Of a stretch of 64,000 nt of DNA, positions 58,701-64,000 are shown one piece after another. Both the position numbers and the translations under genes were made by a program. The stretch is from an uncultured bacterium. Lineage in GTDB: Bacteria > Eisenbacteria > RBG-16-71-46. Under the pieces are notes generated by a model. The model had not been told where the DNA came from and did not search any database. It was given only the letters and a program-made list of their open reading frames with translations. Within the stretch, counting starts at the first letter, position 1; each line of letters starts with the position of its first letter. Location: the NCBI GenBank assembly GCA_964542745.1, contig CAZIVR010000001.1, positions 43,041-107,040 on the forward strand, read 5' to 3'.

Positions 58701-60065
58701 CTCGAGATCGGCAACGGCATCGAGACGCAGGTCGTGCCGGGACCGGCGATCCCGGCCGGGGACTGGACGCACGTCGCGGTCACCGTGGATCGCGGCTCGA
58801 CCTCCGGCGTGGGCCGCTGGTACGTGAACGGCGCGCCCTTCACCGCCGCCGACTTCGCGCCGCTCGCGGGCTCGGTCTCGAACGCGGCGGATCTCTACAT
58901 CGGCCAGGCCAACCCCGCGTTCGGGTCCAAGCCCGGCTTCGGAGGAACGATCGTTCACCTCGAGGTCTTCCGCACCGTCCTGCCCGGGGGCTCGATCTCG
59001 ACGATCACGGCGGCGTTCGTGGCGGGCAAGTGCCCCGAATTCATCGCGCTGCCTTCGGTCACGACGATGTGCGCCAACGCGAGCACGGCACAGGTGTGCT
59101 TCAGCATCTGCAACACGACGGCCACGCCCCGGACCTACCACTGGTCGGCGGCGGGGCTTCCGGCCGGGCCTGGCTGCACCGTCGCGGGCCCGACCCAGTT
59201 CAATCCGCCCGCGGGCTCGGTGACGGTTCCGCCGGGGAGCTGCTCGCCGCCGATCTGCGTGACCGTGGCGCGCCCTCCGGGAATGACCGCGCACAATTCC
59301 ACCGCGTGCTACGGCATCACCATCGTCAACGACTCCACCGGAACCTGCTACACGAAGCAGGGCAAGCTGCGCGCCGACAACTGCTGGTGCGTGACGCCGC
59401 AGCAGAACGGCGTCGTGAACGTCGCCGCCCGGGTCCCGGCAGGCACCGCGATCGGCATCGGCCTCGATCACCCGTGCGGACCCATTCCCACGGCGAGCTA
59501 CCGCGTGAGCGCGGTCTGGCTCAACACGGACCATCCGGACCCGCAGGCGCTCAGCCTGAACGGCCTGCCGCCGGGAACCCCGGTCACGGGAACGCTGTCG
59601 GGCGGGGCCACCGGGCTGAGCGTGCAGGCGAGCTACCCGGCGGCCTACGACCCCGCGGCGCCCTACGAGATCGTGTTCGAGGTCGACCCGAATGGAACCG
59701 GCGACTGGGAGCGCTGGGGCGGCACGGTCGTCGCCGCTTCCTACGACACGACGCAAGTGCTCGGTCTCGCGCCGACCCTTCCTGCGGTCGAGAGCGTGCG
59801 GCTGGTCGCGACCCCCAACCCGTTCCTGACCGGCTCGACGCTCGCCTTCACGCTCGCACGCGCGGAAGCGGTGACGGTCGGCGTCTACGACCTGGGCGGC
59901 CGCCGCGTGAGGTCGCTCGAGGCCGGGCGGCTGGCCGCCGGCCCCCACCGCTTCGAGTGGAACGGGCGCGACGATCGCGGCCGGCGCGTCGCGGCCGGCG
60001 TCTACTTCGCGAGGCTTGCCATGGGCTCACGGCACGTCGAAGTGAAGGTCGTGAAGCTTCGGTAG
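55800..60065 (+). CDS. Large secreted mosaic protein: NHL repeats, propeller, SdrD-B-like, LamG, Cys-rich Ig-like, FlgD-like CTD
   Basis: GGAG RBS before ATG 55800; signal peptide; repeated WG..GSG.GQF..P.G.AVD...VTD..N.RVQ; GRKFLDANRN (SdrD-B-like); SFSLDAWV...WTHVAVT (LamG); TPNP...DLGGRRV...WNGRDD. Confidence 0.88.
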   Translation: MPRSPRPHHALLVAALLVSLPTTPSPAAVLTNYVLQWGSFGSGNGQFNQPVGVAVDFSGNVYVTDMGNDRVQVFNGSGVWQYSFGGTGSGPGQFLRPYGISINGGDLYVVDTGNYRVQKFTLAGSFLLQWGSQGSGNGQFQRPRGVAASGTGSVFVTDDSLDRVQSFDGLGAYQLQWGTTGSSPGEFRGPNGIVADAGGGAVIVADSSNHRIQRFDSLGNLLNLWGTQGGGNGQFQGPVGIASTGFEYFGVDTGNDRMQKFNYSYLYATQWGGTGTGNGQFVRPHSAAVDGSFIYVTDTGNHRVQKFGPPSDGACATCFSPPEGCCAALPQVGGPWTRIAVGTRESDPGGSWPYVVTIFDLTSTPLPPEDANWASITRYSGPGAGWRADSLGSVFGLTLDSYGNIFVAHSSCYANDRIGQVFGGAPGAIYRLDAVSGAISTFCVLPNQQDPMLAVGDDYPGLGNITYDCQHQQFFATNLEDGRIYRIQPNGVNGTTGSVVETFDPLAPDNGLPGWAAVGERLWGVQVHGNRVYYAVWALDLESGNTLNEIRSVGLTLAGAFAAGTDQHELWLPLLTPYDFSFPVADISFSSQGRMLLGERGISTMSYPYPHYARALEYQCSGGCWVPANGYSLGVGNGENSEGGVDYDLHPFTGPSGTIGRVWVTTDAMHSPSQPPYTDYVYGYQGLRPNLPSGSVVNSMLIDSDGATVNFADKSQSGDVEVPGCPVVEVGAICGRKFLDANRNSLKDPGESYAGGWTIRATGPGGTYTTVTDANGNYCFTNLVTGTWTLSEVGQPSFVQTAPASVTYSVSLAGGQTLFGYDFGNYACAQGGPGCVQPPTGMSAWYPFAPTPGAGTTAADVTHLSPARNAAQLVGGAAIEPGDPGSSGGPASFGGLRLATAADYARVPYADQLDLNFGTGSFSLDAWVRPDPGIAGERTIVEKRHLNSSSPYRMLGWALYLDGQQLTLEIGNGIETQVVPGPAIPAGDWTHVAVTVDRGSTSGVGRWYVNGAPFTAADFAPLAGSVSNAADLYIGQANPAFGSKPGFGGTIVHLEVFRTVLPGGSISTITAAFVAGKCPEFIALPSVTTMCANASTAQVCFSICNTTATPRTYHWSAAGLPAGPGCTVAGPTQFNPPAGSVTVPPGSCSPPICVTVARPPGMTAHNSTACYGITIVNDSTGTCYTKQGKLRADNCWCVTPQQNGVVNVAARVPAGTAIGIGLDHPCGPIPTASYRVSAVWLNTDHPDPQALSLNGLPPGTPVTGTLSGGATGLSVQASYPAAYDPAAPYEIVFEVDPNGTGDWERWGGTVVAASYDTTQVLGLAPTLPAVESVRLVATPNPFLTGSTLAFTLARAEAVTVGVYDLGGRRVRSLEAGRLAAGPHRFEWNGRDDRGRRVAAGVYFARLAMGSRHVEVKVVKLR

Positions 60066-60169
60066 CGGTTCGTGTCGCGGCGGTCCGGTCGTTTGGCCCG
60101 CCCTTCGGAAGGCCCGTGAGCGTGCCCGCTCCGCCCGATTGCGGAGGCCGCCCGAGTCCGCGCCGCGCC

Positions 60170-60198
60170 TTGACCCCCCCGGGTCCCCAAGTTAGCGT
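60170..60198 (+). promoter_or_regulatory. Putative sigma70 promoter of the TPAT operon
   Basis: TTGACC (60170-60175), 17 nt, TAGCGT (60193-60198). Confidence 0.55.
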
Positions 60199-60288
60199 CC
60201 CCATGGCGCTCCCGCTCCGCACGGTGCACGGATGCCCGGCCGCGGAACACCCAAGGACGGACCCCCGCCCGTGAGCCTTCAACCCCAC

Positions 60289-61263
60289 ATGCCCACGCCT
60301 CGATCGAGCCGCTTTCGCGTCCCGCTGACAGCGCTGCTGCTGGCCGCGGTCGCGCTGGGCCTCGGCTCCTGCTCGATCAAGCGCATGGCGGTCAAGAGCG
60401 TCGCCAACTCGATCGCCAGCGGGCCCGACGTGTACGGCACCGACGACGATCCCGAGCTGGTGCGCGACGCGCTGCCCTTCGGGCTCAAGACCATGGAGTC
60501 GCTGCTCGCGGTGGTGCCCGATCACGAAGGCCTGCTGCTCGCCGCCTGCCGCGGCTACACGCAATACGCCGCGGCGTTCGTGCAGTCCGAGGGCGACCTG
60601 CTGGTCAGCAGCGACTACCCGCGCTCGCAGCACCTGCACGGGCGGGCGTTCCGGCTTTACCTGCGCGCGCGCGGCTTCGGGCTGCGCGGGCTCGAGCGCC
60701 GCTACCAGGGCATCGGCCGCGCGCTGGAGTTGGACCCCGCGCGCGCCGCGGCGCGCATCGGCAAGCGCGACGTGCCGATGCTGTTCTGGACCGCGGCGTC
60801 GTGGGGTTCGGCGATCTCGCTCGGCAAGGACCAGCCCGAGATGCTGGCCGACCTGCCCGCGATCCGCGCGCTGCTCGAGCGCGGGCTGGCGCTCGACGAG
60901 GCGTTCGAGGGCGGCGCGTTCCACGAGGCGCTGATCGTGCTCGACGCGCTGCCCGAGGCGATGGGCGGCTCGCCCGAGCGCGCCCGCGGGCACTTCCGGC
61001 GCGCGATCGAGCTCTCGGGCGACGCGCGGCCCGGCCCCTACGTGACGCTCGCCACCAGCGTGTCGGTGGCGAAGCAGGATCGCGCCGAGTTCCGCTCGCT
61101 GCTCGAGAAGGCCCTGACGTACGATCCCGACAAGAACCCGTCGCAACGCCTGGCGACCCTCGTCCTGCAGCGCAAGGCCCGCGCGCTGCTCGAGCGCGAG
61201 GCCGAGTTCTTCATCGAAGACGCACCCGCTCCCGATTCCCTTTCCACCGAGGACAACCGATGA
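60289..61263 (+). CDS. tatT: TRAP transporter TatT component family lipoprotein
   Basis: Lipobox LGSC; DDDPELVRDALPFGLKTMESLL, all-helical; directly upstream of dctP/dctQM. Confidence 0.85.
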   Translation: MPTPRSSRFRVPLTALLLAAVALGLGSCSIKRMAVKSVANSIASGPDVYGTDDDPELVRDALPFGLKTMESLLAVVPDHEGLLLAACRGYTQYAAAFVQSEGDLLVSSDYPRSQHLHGRAFRLYLRARGFGLRGLERRYQGIGRALELDPARAAARIGKRDVPMLFWTAASWGSAISLGKDQPEMLADLPAIRALLERGLALDEAFEGGAFHEALIVLDALPEAMGGSPERARGHFRRAIELSGDARPGPYVTLATSVSVAKQDRAEFRSLLEKALTYDPDKNPSQRLATLVLQRKARALLEREAEFFIEDAPAPDSLSTEDNR

Positions 61264-62330
61264 CCCGACGCACCCGACCGGGCCGACATCCCCGCGCTCC
61301 CATCACCCTGGCCGCGATCCTCCTGCCCCTCGCCGCGCTGGCCGCCGGCGCCGCGACGCTTCCACGCGCCGCGCACGCCCAGCCCGCCCAGGTGGTGAAG
61401 CTCGCCACCCTCGTGCCGGAGGGCTCGGTGTGGGACAAGGCCATGCGCGAGATGGGAGCGGCGTGGGCCACCGGGACGCAGAACCGGGTGGCGCTGCGCG
61501 TCTACCCCGGCGGCGTCGCGGGCGACGAGCCGGACATCGTGCGCAAGATGCGGATCGGCCAGCTCCAGGCGGCGGCGGTCACCACCGCCGGGCTCGCCTC
61601 CATCGATCCGGCGTTCCACATCTTCAACATCCCGATGTTCTTCGACTCGTACCCCGAGCTCTACGCGACCCTCTCGGCGCTCGAGCCGGTGCTCAAGCAG
61701 CGCCTCGAGCAGCGCGGCTTCGTGCTCCTCAACTGGGGCCACGGCGGCTGGGTCTACTTCTTCACCAAGCAGCCGGTCGCGTCGGTGGACGGGCTCAAGA
61801 AGACCAAGCTGTTCGTGTGGGCGGGGGACGACCAGATGGCGCAGCAGTGGAAGGCCCTCGGCTTCCAGCCGGTGGCGCTCGCGGCCACCGACATCATGAC
61901 CGGGCTCCAGACCGGGATGATCGACGCCTATCCCACGACGCCGCTGCTCGGGCTCTCGCTCCAGTGGTACAAGCTGACGCCCAACATGGTGGGGCTCGGC
62001 ATGGCGCCGCTGGTGGGCGGGCTGGTCATGAACAAGTCGGCGTGGATGAGGATCGGGGAGGCCGACCGCGGCAAGATCCTCGCGGCATCGCGGCGCATGG
62101 AGCGGCGGCTGCAGAACGAGGTGCCCGAGCAGGACACGACCGCGGTCGCCGAGATGCGCGAGCGCGGGCTCACGGTGAACGCGGTCGGCGCGACCGACGC
62201 CGGCCAGTTCCGCGCGGTGGCCGACCAGTTCGCGGCGGGCATCCCGGGCTCGCGCGTGCCGCCCGAGATCCTCGCGGCCGCCCGCAAGGCGCGCGACGAG
62301 TTCCGCAGGAAGAACGGGAGCGCGCGCTGA
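61260..62330 (+). CDS. dctP: TRAP transporter substrate-binding protein (DctP/TatP)
   Basis: KLATLVPEGSVW, VYPGGVAGDE, KMRIGQL, GLQTGMID; ATGA overlap with tatT. Confidence 0.9.
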   Translation: MTRRTRPGRHPRAPITLAAILLPLAALAAGAATLPRAAHAQPAQVVKLATLVPEGSVWDKAMREMGAAWATGTQNRVALRVYPGGVAGDEPDIVRKMRIGQLQAAAVTTAGLASIDPAFHIFNIPMFFDSYPELYATLSALEPVLKQRLEQRGFVLLNWGHGGWVYFFTKQPVASVDGLKKTKLFVWAGDDQMAQQWKALGFQPVALAATDIMTGLQTGMIDAYPTTPLLGLSLQWYKLTPNMVGLGMAPLVGGLVMNKSAWMRIGEADRGKILAASRRMERRLQNEVPEQDTTAVAEMRERGLTVNAVGATDAGQFRAVADQFAAGIPGSRVPPEILAAARKARDEFRRKNGSAR

Positions 62331-64000
62331 CCGGCTTCCTCGGCCGCTTCGAGCGCGGCCTCTCGAACGTCGCGCTCGCGCTCATGGCGATCCTGCCGAT
62401 CGCCGAGATCGCGTGGCGCGCGATCTTCAAGATCGGGCTGCCGGGCTCGGGCCCCTTCGTCCAGCACCTCACGCTGTGGGTGGGGTTCATGGGCGCGGCG
62501 CTCGCCGCCCGCGACGGAAGGCTGCTCGCGCTCGCGACCGGCGCGTTCCTCCCGGAGGGCCCGGTGCGGCGGGCCGCCTCGGCCGCATCGAGCACGGTGG
62601 CGGTGGCGATCACGGTGCTGCTGGCGCGCGCCTCGTGGGAGCTCGCGATGGCGGAGCGCGGCTCGGGCGCGGTGATCGCGCTCGCGGTGCCGGTGTGGGT
62701 GGCCCAGCTGGTGCTGCCGCTGGCGTTCGCGCTGATCGCGGCGCGCATCGCGTGGCGCGCCGACGCGTCGTGGTGGGGGCGGGGGATCGCCGCGCTCGGG
62801 GGTGCGGCCGGGTTCGCGCTCGCGAGCCGGCCCGAGCTGCTGGCCGCGATCCCGCCGTGGCCCGCGGCGGCCCTCGTGATCGGGGCGGCCCTGCTCGGGG
62901 GTCCGCTGTTCGCGCTGCTCGGAGGCGTGGCGCTGGTGTTCTTCATGCACGACGGCGTGCCGATCGCCGCGGTGCCCGCGGAGACCTACCGGCTCGCGGT
63001 CTCGCCCACGCTGGCCGCGATCCCGCTCTTCACGCTCACCGGCTTCCTGCTCGCGGAGGGGCGCGCCTCGAGCCGCCTGCTGCGCGTGTTCCGCGCGCTG
63101 CTCGGCTGGATGCCGGGCGGCACGGCGATCGTGGTGGCGGTGGTGTGCGCGTTCTTCACCGCGTTCACGGGGGGGTCGGGCGTCACGATCCTCGCGCTCG
63201 GGGCGCTGCTCTTCAAGGCGCTCACCGAGGAGCGCTACGGCGAGAACTTCTCCCTCGGGCTCCTCACCGGCTGCGGCTCGCTCGGCCTGCTGTTCCCGCC
63301 CGCGCTCCCGATCATCCTGTACGGGATCGTGGCGCAGATCTCGATCGAGGACCTGTTCATCGGCGGCGTCGTGCCCGGTTTCCTGCTGCTCGCGCTCGTG
63401 ATCGCGTGGGGCGTCCGCGAGGGCGCGGCCCGCAAGGTCGCGCGGCCCCCCTTCGACGCCCGCGAGCTGCTCGCGGCCTCGTGGGAGGCGAAGTGGGAGC
63501 TGGCCATGCCGGCGATGGTGCTGGTGGCGATCTTCGGCGGCTTCGCCACGCTGGTCGAGGCCGCCGCGCTCACCGCGCTCTACGCGTTCGTCACCCAGAG
63601 CTTCGTGCTCCGGGATCTCTCGGTGCGCCGCGACCTGCCGCGCGTGCTCGGCGAGAGCGTGGTGCTGGTGGGCGGCGTGCTGGTCATCCTCGGCGCCGCG
63701 ATGGGTCTCTCGAGCTACATGGTGGACGCCCAGGTGCCGGCGCGGCTCGTGGAGTGGACGCAGGGCAACGTGCACTCGGCCGCCGTGTTCCTGCTCGGCC
63801 TCAACCTGTTCCTGCTGGTGGTGGGGGCCTTGATGGACATCTTCTCGGCCACCGTCGTGGTGGTGCCCCTGATCGTGCCGATCGCGCAGGCGTTCGGCAT
63901 CCACCCCGTGCACCTCGGCATCATCTTCGTGGCCAACCTCGAGCTGGGCTACCTCACGCCGCCGGTGGGACTCAACCTGTTCCTCTCCTCGTACCGGTTC
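62327..64000 (+). CDS. dctM: Fused TRAP small + large permease (DctQM), truncated by window edge
   Basis: Frame open from CTG 62327 (or ATG 62384) to the window end; AIPLFTLTG, FTGGSGVTILALG, GSLGLLFPP, GIHPVHLG, ELGYLTPPVGLNLF. Confidence 0.9.
   Translation, partial: MTGFLGRFERGLSNVALALMAILPIAEIAWRAIFKIGLPGSGPFVQHLTLWVGFMGAALAARDGRLLALATGAFLPEGPVRRAASAASSTVAVAITVLLARASWELAMAERGSGAVIALAVPVWVAQLVLPLAFALIAARIAWRADASWWGRGIAALGGAAGFALASRPELLAAIPPWPAAALVIGAALLGGPLFALLGGVALVFFMHDGVPIAAVPAETYRLAVSPTLAAIPLFTLTGFLLAEGRASSRLLRVFRALLGWMPGGTAIVVAVVCAFFTAFTGGSGVTILALGALLFKALTEERYGENFSLGLLTGCGSLGLLFPPALPIILYGIVAQISIEDLFIGGVVPGFLLLALVIAWGVREGAARKVARPPFDARELLAASWEAKWELAMPAMVLVAIFGGFATLVEAAALTALYAFVTQSFVLRDLSVRRDLPRVLGESVVLVGGVLVILGAAMGLSSYMVDAQVPARLVEWTQGNVHSAAVFLLGLNLFLLVVGALMDIFSATVVVVPLIVPIAQAFGIHPVHLGIIFVANLELGYLTPPVGLNLFLSSYRF

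Noticed and set aside
55179-59948. 1589-aa minus-strand ORF
   Set aside because: Antisense shadow of the NHL/LamG gene; Arg/Gly/Ala-rich with no motifs. Typical of stop-poor frames in high-GC DNA.
60289-61263. Twin-arginine translocase component
   Set aside because: TatT here is the TRAP-associated TPR lipoprotein, unrelated to TatABC.

Overview
Very GC-rich bacterial chromosome segment. I found no rRNA, tRNA, CRISPR array, transposase or integrase. The many secreted proteins ending in a FlgD-Ig/T9SS-CTD-like domain, the 'SWGxxKxxYR' C-termini and the kinase-TolB-TPR genes suggest an FCB-group lineage such as Ca. Eisenbacteria (inference). About 45 real CDSs can be called; most long ORFs in the six-frame track are GC-rich shadow frames. 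Housekeeping and metabolic genes: HU, YcaQ-type glycosylase, split glcDE/glcF, deoxyhypusine synthase-like enzyme, ABC exporter, SorAB-type sulfite dehydrogenase with a flavoprotein, AAA+/VWA pair and a TPAT (TatT-TRAP) transporter. Most striking observations: (1) a GH1 glycosidase with a circularly permuted family-3 solute-binding domain inserted between its two catalytic glutamates; (2) an SbnI/SerK-like free-serine kinase in an operon unrelated to staphyloferrin; (3) an AA5 copper-radical-oxidase-like protein with a Kelch propeller inserted and the axial Tyr replaced by Asp; (4) tandem propeller paralogs sharing an 88-bp perfect repeat that encodes a putative C-terminal sorting motif; (5) a Hanks kinase with a tyrosine-kinase-like catalytic loop; (6) a two-gene NDT/TIR-like islet; (7) a candidate ~70-nt sRNA or attenuator. 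All family assignments come from motif recognition by eye, not database searches.
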